Assembly: GCA_963716255.1 (NCBI GenBank)
Contig: OY970303.1
Location: 1,504,001-1,568,000 of the forward strand
DNA from: an uncultured Gemmatimonadales bacterium
GTDB taxonomy: Bacteria; Gemmatimonadota; Gemmatimonadetes; Longimicrobiales; Longimicrobiaceae
Direction: 5' to 3'
DNA: 64,000 nt
Both the position numbers and the translations under genes were made by a program. Positions 48,878-58,236 of the stretch are shown here, in pieces. The stretch's first letter is position 1. The number at the start of each line of letters is the position of its first letter. The notes under the pieces are model-generated. The model had not been told where the DNA came from and did no database searches. It saw only the letters and a program-made list of their open reading frames with translations.

Positions 48878-50361
48878 TGGAGGACACCGGGCGGATCCGC
48901 AGGCCGCTGGACCGGCGCGCGCGGCAGGTCGTCTTCGGCGACCACGTGGAGCAGGCGATCCACGACGAGCTCCCCTTCTACGTCCGGATCGACCGGGCGC
49001 ACCTGGTGATGCTCCTGGAGCGGAGGATCCTCCCCCGCGAGGCCGGGCGGCGCCTCCTGGCCGTGATGGACGACCTGGTGGCGCGCGACTACGCGCCGCT
49101 GCGCGGACGCCCGGCGCCCCGCGGCCTGTACCTGCTGTACGAGAACTGGCTGGTGGAGACGCTGGGCGAGGAAGTGGGCGGCGCCGTCCACCTGGCCCGC
49201 TCGCGCAACGACATCAACGCCACCGTGCTGCGGCTGCGGCTGCGGGGGGCGTACCGCGCGCTGGTCCGCGAGACGCTGCGCCTCCTCGCCGTCCTGGTGC
49301 ACCGCGCCGGGCGGCACGCCCGGCTCACCATGCCGGTGTACACGCACTGGCAGCCGGCGCTCCCCGTCACCTACGGCCACTACCTGGCCGGGGTGGCGTC
49401 CGCCCTGGAGCGCGACCTGCGGGGGATCGAGGACGCCGCCGCGGAGCTGGACCGCTGCCCGCTGGGCGCCGGGGCCGCCGGGGGGACCACCATCCCCATC
49501 GACACGGAGCGCACCGCGCGCCTGCTGGGCTTCGCCGAGGGCGTGCGGCACTCGCTGGACGCCGTGGCCTCGCGCGACCTGGTGCTGCGGCTGCTCGCCG
49601 CGGCGGCGGTGCTGGGCGTCACCCTCAGCCGCCTCGCGACCGACCTGCAGCTGTGGAGCACCGCCGAGCTGGAGCTGGTGCGCTTCCCGGACGAGCTGGT
49701 GGGCTCCAGCTCCATGATGCCGCAGAAGCGCAACGCCTTCCTCCTGGAGCACGTCAAGGGGCGCGGCGGGGCGCCGCTGGGGGCCTTTTCCGCCGCGGCC
49801 ATGGCGATGCACGCCACCCCCTTCAGCAACTCGGTCGCCGTGGGGACGGAGGGGGTCAAGCCGCTGTGGGGCGCGCTGGCCGAGGTGACGGAGGCGACAC
49901 TCCTGGCGCGCCTGGTGGTCGCGGGCGCGCAGCCTCAGCCCGAGCGCATGCGGCGCAGGGCGGCGGAGGGATTCACCGCCGCCACCGAGCTGGCCAACCG
50001 CCTGGTGGCGGCGACGGGGATCTCCTTCCGCAGCGCCCACCACCGCGTGGGCGAGCTGGTCACCCGCGCGGCCGAGCGGGGGGAGTCGCTGGAGGAGGCG
50101 GCGGAGGGGCTCTTCCGCGAGCTGGGCCTCGCCGCGGACCCGGCGTGGGTGGACCCCGCGGCGGTCGCGGCGGCGGCGGAATACGGCGGCGGCCCCGGCG
50201 AGGCCTCGCTGGGACACGTGCTGGCGGAGCTGCGGCAGGGGTGGTCGGCCGCGGCGCGGCGCCTGGAAGCGCGCTCGCGGCGCTGGGAGGCGGGATCCCG
50301 CGACCTGGCGGACGCGGTCGCCGGGGTGCTGGGCGACGAGCCGCCGGAGGCCGCCGGCTAG
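48877..50361 (+). CDS. Argininosuccinate lyase-family protein (DabB-like)
   Basis: HLARSRND, MPVYTHWQPA, signature GSSSMMPQKRN; TGATG coupling. Confidence 0.88.
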   Translation: MEDTGRIRRPLDRRARQVVFGDHVEQAIHDELPFYVRIDRAHLVMLLERRILPREAGRRLLAVMDDLVARDYAPLRGRPAPRGLYLLYENWLVETLGEEVGGAVHLARSRNDINATVLRLRLRGAYRALVRETLRLLAVLVHRAGRHARLTMPVYTHWQPALPVTYGHYLAGVASALERDLRGIEDAAAELDRCPLGAGAAGGTTIPIDTERTARLLGFAEGVRHSLDAVASRDLVLRLLAAAAVLGVTLSRLATDLQLWSTAELELVRFPDELVGSSSMMPQKRNAFLLEHVKGRGGAPLGAFSAAAMAMHATPFSNSVAVGTEGVKPLWGALAEVTEATLLARLVVAGAQPQPERMRRRAAEGFTAATELANRLVAATGISFRSAHHRVGELVTRAAERGESLEEAAEGLFRELGLAADPAWVDPAAVAAAAEYGGGPGEASLGHVLAELRQGWSAAARRLEARSRRWEAGSRDLADAVAGVLGDEPPEAAG

Positions 50362-52271
50362 GCGGACCCCGCCCCGCGCAGGATCCCGTCCGCGCGCAGC
50401 CGCTCCAGCACGGCGCCCACCAGCTCCTCCACCCCGTGCTCCCCCGTCCGCAGCACCATCTCCGGGGCCGGCGGCGGCTCGTACGGGCTGGTCACCCCGG
50501 TGAAGTGCGGGACCTCGCCGCGCAGGGCCCCGGCGTACAGCCCCTTGGTGTCGCGCCGCCGCAGGACGTCCAGCTCCGCGTCCACGAACAATTCCAGGAA
50601 GCGCCCCTCCGGGAACAGGGCGCGCACCGCGTCGCGGTCCTCGCGGAAGGGGGACACGAAGGCGCACAGCACGATGCTCCCCGCCTCGAAGAAGAGCCGC
50701 GCCACCTCGCCCGCCCGCCGCACGTTCTCCCGCCGGTCCTCCCTGCCGAAGCCCAGGTCGGCGCACAGCCCGTGGCGGAGCTGGTCGCCGTCCAGCAGCA
50801 TGGTCCGGCACCCCCGCGCGAACAGCTCCCGCTCCACCGCCCGGGCCAGGGTGCTCTTCCCCGCCCCGGACAGCCCGGTGAGCCAGAGCACCGCGGCCCC
50901 GTGGCCGCTCTGCGCCTCGCGCTCGGCGCGGGGGACGTTCCAGTCCTCCCACACCACGCCCGGCGACGCGGCCGGCGGATCCTCGCGGACCTCGCGCGGC
51001 TCGCCGCGGATCATCCCCGCCGCCACGGTGAGGTGGGTGTGCGGGTCCACCAGGATGAAGCTCCCGGTGGCGCGGTTCCGGTCGTACGGGTCGAAGAAGA
51101 GCGGCCCGGCGGTGGTGACCTCCACCCGCCCGATTTCGTTGAGCCCGAGCGTGGGCGCCTCCTCGCGGTGCAGCGTGTCCACGTCGATGCGGTACACCAC
51201 CTCGCTTACGAACGCCCGCAGCTCCCGGGTGGCGTGCATCAGCACGTACGAAGTGGAGCGGTCCAGCGGCTTCTCGTCCATCCAGCAGAGGACCGCGTCC
51301 ACCCGGCTCGCCGCGGTGGGGAGGTTGCGACGGCGCACCAGCATGTCGCCGCGGCCCACGTCCACGTCGTCCTCCAGCGTGACCACCACGGAGTCGCCCG
51401 CCACCGCCTCGGGGAGGGGCCCGGCCGGGGTGTCGATGGCGCGCACCCGGCTGGCGGCGCCGCCCGGCAGCACCACCACCTCCTCGCCCGGGCGGAGTGT
51501 GCCGGAGGCGAGCCGGCCGGCGAGCCCCCGGTAGTCCTGGTGCGGGCGGATGACGTACTGCACCGGGAAGCGGAAGTCCACCAGGTTGCGGTTCGCCCCG
51601 GCGTGGGCGGTTTCCAGCAGGTGCAGCAGCGTCCCCCCCTCGTACCACGGCATGCTCCCGCTCTTTTCCACCACGTTGTCGCCGTGGAGCGCGGAAACGG
51701 GGACGAACGCCAGGTCCTGCACGTCCAGCTTCTGCGCGAACTCCTGGTAGTCGCGCACGATCTGCGCGTACGCCTCCTCGGACCAGTCCACCAGGTCCAT
51801 CTTGTTGACCGCCACCACCACGTGGGGAATGCGCAGCAGCGAGGCGATGAAGCCGTGGCGCCGGGACTGGGTGAGCACTCCCTTGCGTGCGTCCACCAGC
51901 ACGACGGCCAGGTCGGCGGTGCTCGCCCCGGTCACCATGTTGCGGGTGTACTGGAGGTGCCCCGGCGTGTCGGCGATGACGAGCTTGCGCCGCGGCGTGG
52001 CGAGGTAGCGGTACGCCACGTCGATGGTGATGTTCTGCTCCCGCTCGGCGCGCAGCCCGTCGGTGATCAGCGCCAGGTTGACGTACGCCTCGCCGCGCTG
52101 CCGGCTGGTGCGCTCCACCGCCTCCAGCTGGTCCTCGGTGAGGCTGCGGGTGTCGTACAGGAGCCGCCCGATGAGGGTGGACTTGCCGTCGTCCACGCTC
52201 CCGGCGGTGCTGACGCGCAGCAGGTCGGTGGCGGCGTACGGGTCGAGGGCGGGGCTGGCGGTGTCGCTCAT
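50358..52271 (-). CDS. cysNC: Bifunctional sulfate adenylyltransferase subunit 1 / APS kinase
   Basis: GSVDDGKSTLIGRL, DTPGH, NKMD GTPase motifs plus C-terminal WLTGLSGAGKST, LDGD, FTGV..PYE. Confidence 0.95.
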   Translation of the reverse strand: MSDTASPALDPYAATDLLRVSTAGSVDDGKSTLIGRLLYDTRSLTEDQLEAVERTSRQRGEAYVNLALITDGLRAEREQNITIDVAYRYLATPRRKLVIADTPGHLQYTRNMVTGASTADLAVVLVDARKGVLTQSRRHGFIASLLRIPHVVVAVNKMDLVDWSEEAYAQIVRDYQEFAQKLDVQDLAFVPVSALHGDNVVEKSGSMPWYEGGTLLHLLETAHAGANRNLVDFRFPVQYVIRPHQDYRGLAGRLASGTLRPGEEVVVLPGGAASRVRAIDTPAGPLPEAVAGDSVVVTLEDDVDVGRGDMLVRRRNLPTAASRVDAVLCWMDEKPLDRSTSYVLMHATRELRAFVSEVVYRIDVDTLHREEAPTLGLNEIGRVEVTTAGPLFFDPYDRNRATGSFILVDPHTHLTVAAGMIRGEPREVREDPPAASPGVVWEDWNVPRAEREAQSGHGAAVLWLTGLSGAGKSTLARAVERELFARGCRTMLLDGDQLRHGLCADLGFGREDRRENVRRAGEVARLFFEAGSIVLCAFVSPFREDRDAVRALFPEGRFLELFVDAELDVLRRRDTKGLYAGALRGEVPHFTGVTSPYEPPPAPEMVLRTGEHGVEELVGAVLERLRADGILRGAGSA

Positions 52272-52335
52272 GGGCGGTGTCGTACCGGGTCCGGCGGGAT
52301 CGGGATGGAGAACGGCTTCTCGAACGGCTGGTTTT

Positions 52336-52464
52336 GGGCGTGACCCCGGCTGGCGCCGGGGTCGGGCTTCGGCTCCGTAGGCGAGCAAACAACGCTCGCC
52401 AACGGAGTCGAGCCCCCGCAAACTGCCGCGGGGTCTCGCCCCTTCGGGCCGGAATCCCTCACGC
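52336..52464 (+). repeat. Structured intergenic element, subtype A, between cysD and cysNC
   Basis: GGGCGTG...ATCCCTCACGC. Confidence 0.92.
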
Positions 52465-52554
52465 GGGCGTTGCGCTGGCGTCCGCAGGTTCGGGGATCCT
52501 CGTCTTCGGCGCCCTGCCGATTCCCGGAGGAGCCTGGCCCGCACGGATTTCGTG

Positions 52555-53520
52555 TCAGAAGTATCCCAGCCGCTTGCGGTCTTCCATGGCGGTGTCGCCG
52601 CGGCGGTCGTCGCTGCGCCCGCCGCGCTCGGCGATGCGCGCGGCGGCCACCTCGCGGACGACCTCGTCCACCGTCGCCGCGCCGCTCTCCCACACCCCGG
52701 TGCAGGTCAGGTCGCCCACGGTGCGGCAGCGGACGCGCAGGCGCACCGGGGTCTCGCCCGGGAGCGGCCGGTTGTGCTCGCCCACGGCCAGCAGGACCCC
52801 GTCGCGGCGCACGACCTCGCGCTCGTGCGCGAAGTACAGGCCGGGAAGGGCGATCCCTTCGGCGGCGATGTACTGCCACACGTCCAGCTCGGTCCAGTTG
52901 GAAAGGGGAAAGACGCGGAAGTGCTCGCCGTGACCCTTGCGCCCGTTGAACAGGTTCCACAGCTCGGGCCGCTGGTTCCTGGGGTCCCACTGCCCGAAGG
53001 CGTCGCGGTGGCTGAAGAACCGCTCCTTGGCGCGGGCCTTTTCCTCGTCGCGCCGCCCCCCGCCGAACGCGGCGTCGGCGCGCAGCTCCCGGAGCGCGTC
53101 CAGCAGGGTGACGGTCTGGAGGGCGTTGCGGCTGGGGTTGGGGCCGGGCTCCTCGCGGCAGCGCCCCCGGTCGATGGAGTCCTGGACGGTGCGCACCAGC
53201 AGCTCGCACCCCACCTCGGCGGCGAGCCGGTCGCGGAACTCGATGGTCTCCGGGAAGTTGTGGCCCGTGTCGACGTGCAGGAGCGGGAAGGGGAAGCGCC
53301 CCGGCCAGAACGCCTTGCGGGCCAGGTGCACCATGACGATGGAGTCCTTGCCCCCCGAGAACAGGAGCACCGGGCGCTCGAACTGCCCGGCCGCCTCGCG
53401 CATCACGTACACGGCCTCGCTCTCCAGCTGGGCCAGGTGGCCCTTGCGGTACGAGGAGCGGGCGACGGGATCGGGGTCGTGCGCGGCGGCGGCGGGGATG
53501 GGCTCGGGGTCGTGCGACAT
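52555..53520 (-). CDS. cysD: Sulfate adenylyltransferase subunit 2
   Basis: LESEA, FSGGKDS, HVDTGHNF, GGGRRDEEKARAKER, MEDRKRLGYF. Confidence 0.96.
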   Translation of the reverse strand: MSHDPEPIPAAAAHDPDPVARSSYRKGHLAQLESEAVYVMREAAGQFERPVLLFSGGKDSIVMVHLARKAFWPGRFPFPLLHVDTGHNFPETIEFRDRLAAEVGCELLVRTVQDSIDRGRCREEPGPNPSRNALQTVTLLDALRELRADAAFGGGRRDEEKARAKERFFSHRDAFGQWDPRNQRPELWNLFNGRKGHGEHFRVFPLSNWTELDVWQYIAAEGIALPGLYFAHEREVVRRDGVLLAVGEHNRPLPGETPVRLRVRCRTVGDLTCTGVWESGAATVDEVVREVAAARIAERGGRSDDRRGDTAMEDRKRLGYF

Positions 53521-53775
53521 CGGGACGGGCGGAACGGGGAGGAGGGCCGGGACGGCGTTCACGGCAACGGAAGGTCGCCCCGGTGCGGCTCCCGCGCAAG
53601 CGGGCTGTCCGCTCGCGCGGCCCTCGCCCGGCGCCCCCATCGTACACGACCCATCGCCAGATTCGAGCGAGCCGAAGCTGCTCCTGCTCCGACCCTGGAA
53701 GCCTGGTTGACATGGAATGAATTTAGTCGTTTATTACGCGTAGATATTCGGCCACCCTGGATGTGGAGATTTGAG

Positions 53776-54309
53776 ATGAAGATGAGAAAGAGCGGGGGAT
53801 GGGCAGGAATCTTCGCCGCGGCACTGCTTGTCGCGGGCCTGGCTGCGTGCGAAACGCCGTCGGCTGTCGAACCCGCGAGCCTGGCAGCATCTCAGGACGG
53901 GACCCGATCCTTCGAGGGGTCCGTGGACACAGGCGAGGTTTCCAGCGGCGACACACTGCGCACCGTCGATGAGCCCGTTGCGACCGACACTGCGGTTGCC
54001 GGGGCAGCGAACGCTCAGATCTGGCCCGGGCCGCCTTCGGGTCACTGGAGGCCGACCATCGTCCGCGAGGGTGGAGCGATCGACGTGGTGGCTTCCGGTA
54101 CGGAATACGTCTATCGTGTGCCGGTAGGCAGTCTCGTCCTGGGGCCGTACCCGGAGGTCGACCCCGTCACAGGCAAATTGTACCTCCACTACAAGATCTA
54201 TCTCCCCAACGGCGACCTGATCCACCTCATCTGGGATGAGACGGAGAACTGGACCAAGGTGTTCACGAAGTCGCGTGCAGAGATGGAGAGAAGCAAAGCG
54301 ACTGGCTGA
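53776..54309 (+). CDS. Hypothetical lipoprotein (visibly lower GC)
   Basis: Lipobox in MKMRK...AGLAAC, GGAG RBS, upstream TTGACA at 53707. Confidence 0.72.
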   Translation: MKMRKSGGWAGIFAAALLVAGLAACETPSAVEPASLAASQDGTRSFEGSVDTGEVSSGDTLRTVDEPVATDTAVAGAANAQIWPGPPSGHWRPTIVREGGAIDVVASGTEYVYRVPVGSLVLGPYPEVDPVTGKLYLHYKIYLPNGDLIHLIWDETENWTKVFTKSRAEMERSKATG

Positions 54310-54388
54310 CGCGGCTGAATGGAGTCAAAGGCTGGTGTCCCCGGGTAGGGATGCCAGCCTTTTCGTTTCGATGGGAGTGTCACGGCGT

Positions 54389-54438
54389 CCCTTCCCTCGC
54401 TTGCGGGGGAGGGGTGGCGCGCAGCGCCGGGGGGGGGC
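54389..54438. repeat. REP-like hairpin (CCCTTCCCTCGC/GCGGGGGAGGGG)
   Basis: Reverse-orientation homolog of 18686-18732. Confidence 0.65.
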
Positions 54439-54463
54439 CCCTCCGAACGCCAGCGCGATGCCC

Positions 54464-54592
54464 GCGTGAGGGATTTCGGCCCGAAGGGGCGAGACCCCGC
54501 GGCAGTTTGCGGGGGCTCGACTCCGTTACGCACGGTTGTTTCGTGCGTTACGGAGCCGAAGCCCGACCCGAGCGCCAGCGAGGGGCACGCCC
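54464..54592 (-). repeat. Structured intergenic element, subtype A
   Basis: GCGTGAGGGAT...CACGCCC. Confidence 0.92.
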
Positions 54593-54625
54593 AAAACCAG
54601 CAGTTCAAAGCCCTTCCACACGATC

Positions 54626-55693
54626 TCACACCACGAACACCTTAACTCGCTGGATGCAGTTGTTCCCGTAGCCCAGCGAGTTGACCACCGGCGCCATGGG
54701 CTGCTCGTTCCCCGCCGCGTCCGCGGCCCGGGCCAGCAGCGCGAACTCGCCGCGGCGGGGAGGATGCCAGGCCAGCCGCCAGGGCGCGGCGGCGTGCGGC
54801 GACGGCGGCGTGCCCAGCTCGGCGGCGGCCCAGGTGGCACCGTCGTCCGCGCTCACCTCCACCCGCGCGACGGGGGCGGCGCCGGACCAGGCGATCCCCC
54901 GGACCTCCACCGGGCCCAGGGGCACCGCGGCGCCGTCTTCCGGGGAGGCGACCAGCGAGCGGACGCGGGCCCGGGTGACCGGAGTCCCGTCCGGCGTCCC
55001 GGCCTCCCCGACGTACAGGTACTGCTCGGCCTGGAAGTGCCCCCGGAAGGGCTCCGGCAGCACCCGCAGGGCGGCCAGCCACTTCACCGAGGCCATCCCG
55101 TACCACCCCGGCACCACCAGGCGCAGCGGGAAGCCGTGCGCGGCGGGAAGCGGCTCGCCGTTCATCTCCCAGGCGAGGAGCGCGCCGCCCTCCAGGGCGA
55201 CGGCGAGCGGGAGGCTGCGGGCGTAAAGTTCCTCGCGGCCGGGGCCCACGGGCCCGCGGTCGGCGCCCTCGAAGAGCACTTCCACGGCGGCGGGCCCGGG
55301 GCCGGCCCGCTCCAGCACGTCGCGCAGGGGGACGCCGGTGAAATCGGCGGTGCTCACGGCGGCCAGACCCCACGGGGTGCCGGAGGGGACGGGCCGCATC
55401 AGGCTGCGCCCGTTGCCGGCGCACTCCAGCGTCACCGCCAGCGTCCGGCGCGGCATCGCCCGCAGCTCGGCGAGCGGCAGCGCGAGCGGCCTCGCCACCT
55501 CGCCCTCGACGCGCAGGCGCCACGCGGCGGCGTCCACCCGGGGCACCGGGAAGTGGCTGCGCCGGTAGAAGTGCGGCGTGGGGGTGAGCGGGGCCGCGAG
55601 GGCGGCGAGGGGCGCCTCGCGGTTCAGGGGATCCGGTGTTCCGTCTGGGGTCATGGGGCGGGCGAAGGGGTCGGGCGCGAAGGGCGGACGCAC
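54626..55693 (-). CDS. Sulfite oxidase-family molybdoenzyme
   Basis: FYRRSHF, LECAGNGR (Mo-ligand Cys), MNGEPLP..HGFPLRL, SVKWL; start 55693 (GTG) or 55654. Confidence 0.9.
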   Translation of the reverse strand: MRPPFAPDPFARPMTPDGTPDPLNREAPLAALAAPLTPTPHFYRRSHFPVPRVDAAAWRLRVEGEVARPLALPLAELRAMPRRTLAVTLECAGNGRSLMRPVPSGTPWGLAAVSTADFTGVPLRDVLERAGPGPAAVEVLFEGADRGPVGPGREELYARSLPLAVALEGGALLAWEMNGEPLPAAHGFPLRLVVPGWYGMASVKWLAALRVLPEPFRGHFQAEQYLYVGEAGTPDGTPVTRARVRSLVASPEDGAAVPLGPVEVRGIAWSGAAPVARVEVSADDGATWAAAELGTPPSPHAAAPWRLAWHPPRRGEFALLARAADAAGNEQPMAPVVNSLGYGNNCIQRVKVFVV

Positions 55694-55749
55694 GGGGTCT
55701 CCATCCTGAGCAGATCCCGTTCCCGGCCGCCCGCACAGGTTCCGCCAGG

Positions 55750-55779
55750 TTGACAAGCCGGCGGGGGAGCCGCCATCAT
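55750..55779 (+). promoter_or_regulatory. Possible sigma70 promoter for the GT operon
   Basis: TTGACA-18 bp-CATCAT. Confidence 0.45.
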
Positions 55780-55847
55780 CTAGGGTTCGACAACGAACAT
55801 ACGAGGTCGCCCTGCGGCATCGGACAACCGGAGGGAACGACCGGCGC

Positions 55848-57281
55848 ATGAAGATCTTGATCACGGTCCACCAGTTCCTCCCGGAATTTTCCACGGGGAC
55901 CGAGGTGATCGCGCTGGGGATCGCGAAGGAGCTCCGGGACCGCGGCCACGACGTCCTGGTGGTCACGGGGTTCCCCGACCCTGGCCGGGTGCCGGACGCG
56001 GCGCGGTTCGACCGCTACGTCCACGACGGCATCGCCGTGGAGCGCTTCCGCCACTCGCCGCACCCCATGGGAGAGCAGCGGGTGGTGACGGAGCTGGCGT
56101 ACGACAATCGGCTGTTCGCCGGCGCGTTTGGCAAGCTTCTGGACCGGTTCGAGCCGGACCTGGTGCACTTCGTCCACCTGTCGCGCCTTTCCGCTTCGCT
56201 GATCGGGCCCTGCGTGGAGCGGGGGATCCCCACCGTCTTCACCGCGACCGACTTCTGGGCCGTCTGCCCGTTCAGCCAGCTCCGGCTGGCGGACGATTCC
56301 ATGTGCGCGGGCCCGGACCCCTCCGGCTTCAACTGCGTGCGGCACCTCCTGGACGCCGCCGGCGCCCGCCCAAGCTCGCTGGTGGGGCTGGCGAGGCGCG
56401 CGCCGGACTGGATGCTGGGCCTGGGGGTGCGCGCCGCGGGGATCCCGCTCCCGGTGGCGCCGCCCTTTCTCCGCGAGGTGCGGGCGCTGGTGGGGCGGCA
56501 GTCCTTCGTGCGCGAGCAGCTGGGCCGGGTGGACCGGGTGCTGGCCCCCTCGCGGATCATGGAGCGCACGCTCGCCGCGGGCGGCATCGCCCCGGGGCGG
56601 GTGCGCTTCCTGCCCTACGGGATCCGCACGGAGGGGATCGCGCGCTCGGCGGACCGCGGGAGCCGGCCGACCCTCCGGCTGGGGTTCGTGGGGAGCCTGA
56701 CCGAGCACAAGGGGCTGGCGACGGCGGTGCGGGCGGTGCGCCTGCTGGACCCCGCCCTCCCGGTGGAGCTGGACGTCCACGGCGCTCCGGGGGACAGCCC
56801 CGCGGGCCGGGACTTTTACGCGGCCGTGCAGTCGCTCGCCGGGCCGGACGCGCGCATCCGCTTCCGCGGGCGCTTCGACAACCGGCGGGTGGGCGAGGTG
56901 CTGGCGTCGCTGGACGCGCTGGTGGTGCCCTCGCTGTGGCACGAGAACACGCCGCTGGTGGTGTACGAGGCGTTCGCGGCGGGATGCCCGGTGATCGCCT
57001 CCGACGTGGAGGGGATCGCGGAGGTGGTCCGCCACGAGGTGGACGGGCTGCTCTTCGCGCGCGGGGACGCCGCCGCGCTCGCGGCCTGCATGCGGCGCGC
57101 GGCGGAGGACCGCGCGCTGCTCGGGCGCCTCGCCCGGGAGACGCGTGCGCCGCTCTCGGTGGGCGAGCACGTGGACCGCCTGGAGGCGGTGTACGGCGAG
57201 CTCGTACCGGCAAGCTCCGCGAAGCGCCGCCCGGCGCGGCGGGCGGAGAGCCGGCCCGCCGCGGAGTGCCCGCGGCCATGA
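55848..57281 (+). CDS. Glycosyltransferase family 4
   Basis: MKILITVHQFLP..GTE, HKG, VPSLWHENTPLVVYEA (EX7E), PVIASD. Confidence 0.92.
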   Translation: MKILITVHQFLPEFSTGTEVIALGIAKELRDRGHDVLVVTGFPDPGRVPDAARFDRYVHDGIAVERFRHSPHPMGEQRVVTELAYDNRLFAGAFGKLLDRFEPDLVHFVHLSRLSASLIGPCVERGIPTVFTATDFWAVCPFSQLRLADDSMCAGPDPSGFNCVRHLLDAAGARPSSLVGLARRAPDWMLGLGVRAAGIPLPVAPPFLREVRALVGRQSFVREQLGRVDRVLAPSRIMERTLAAGGIAPGRVRFLPYGIRTEGIARSADRGSRPTLRLGFVGSLTEHKGLATAVRAVRLLDPALPVELDVHGAPGDSPAGRDFYAAVQSLAGPDARIRFRGRFDNRRVGEVLASLDALVVPSLWHENTPLVVYEAFAAGCPVIASDVEGIAEVVRHEVDGLLFARGDAAALAACMRRAAEDRALLGRLARETRAPLSVGEHVDRLEAVYGELVPASSAKRRPARRAESRPAAECPRP

Positions 57282-57315
57282 CCCCCTTTCGCCACCGCAC
57301 CCCCGCACCCGTTCC

Positions 57316-58236
57316 GTGAGCCGGTCCGTGCCCCCATCGAGCCAGTCCGTGCAGGTCCTCCTTTCCACGTACAACGGCGAGGAGTACCTGCGGCCGCTGC
57401 TGCGGAGCCTGGACGAGCAGGCCCACCCGAACGTGGAGCTGCTGGTGCGCGACGACGGCTCCACGGACCGGACGCTGGAGCTGCTCCGGGCGCACTCCGG
57501 GCGGGTGCGCCCGGAGCTGCGGCCCGGCGGTCACCTGGGGCTCCCGGACACCTACTTCGAGCTGGTGCGCGATTCGCGCGCGGACGCGGACCTGTTCGCC
57601 TTCTGCGACCAGGACGACGTGTGGCTGCCGGGGAAGCTGGCGCGGGCGGCGGAGATGCTGGCGGCGACGGACCCGGCGGCGCCCGCGATGTACTGCGGAC
57701 GCGCGCAGTACGTGGACGCGGAGCTCCGCCCGCTGGGGATGTCGGAGCTGCCGTGCAGCCCGCTGACCTTTCAGCACGCGCTGATGCAGAACGTGGCGAC
57801 GGGGTGCACCATCGTGATGAACCGCGCCGCGCGCGACCTGCTGGCGGAGTCCACGCCTGAGGAGGTGTTCATGCACGATGCGTGGGCGTACCTGGTGATC
57901 GCGGCCTTCGGGACGGTGCTCTACGACCCGGTTCCCATGGTGCTCTACCGCCAGCACGCCGCGAACACCATCGGCAGGCCGCGGGGGTGGCCGGCCCGGC
58001 TGTCCAGGTTCGTACGCCGCGGGTGGAACTGGCCGCACCTGCGCCAGGCGCTCCACTTCGAGCACCACTACGGGTCGCGCCTGCAGGGCGAGGACCGCCG
58101 GGCGCTGGACCTGCTGCTGGAAAGCCGGACCAGCTTCCGCGCCCGGGTGCGCTACGCGCTGTCGCTGGACTCGCACCGGCGCGGGGTGCGCGACGACCTG
58201 GCCTTCCGGCTGCTGTACATCGCGGGGCGGATGTGA
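57316..58236 (+). CDS. Glycosyltransferase family 2 (rhamnosyltransferase-like)
   Basis: LLSTYNGE, VRDDGSTD, FCDQDDVW, GCT, MHD, YRQH; start uncertain. Confidence 0.9.
   Translation: MSRSVPPSSQSVQVLLSTYNGEEYLRPLLRSLDEQAHPNVELLVRDDGSTDRTLELLRAHSGRVRPELRPGGHLGLPDTYFELVRDSRADADLFAFCDQDDVWLPGKLARAAEMLAATDPAAPAMYCGRAQYVDAELRPLGMSELPCSPLTFQHALMQNVATGCTIVMNRAARDLLAESTPEEVFMHDAWAYLVIAAFGTVLYDPVPMVLYRQHAANTIGRPRGWPARLSRFVRRGWNWPHLRQALHFEHHYGSRLQGEDRRALDLLLESRTSFRARVRYALSLDSHRRGVRDDLAFRLLYIAGRM

Noticed and set aside
44541..50361. Annotation as an arginine/cysteine biosynthesis operon (argF, cysK, argH)
   Set aside because: Substrate motifs deviate (HDLP, LMKLLPA), and the kinase/ATP-grasp partners and NRPS context fit diamino-acid supply.
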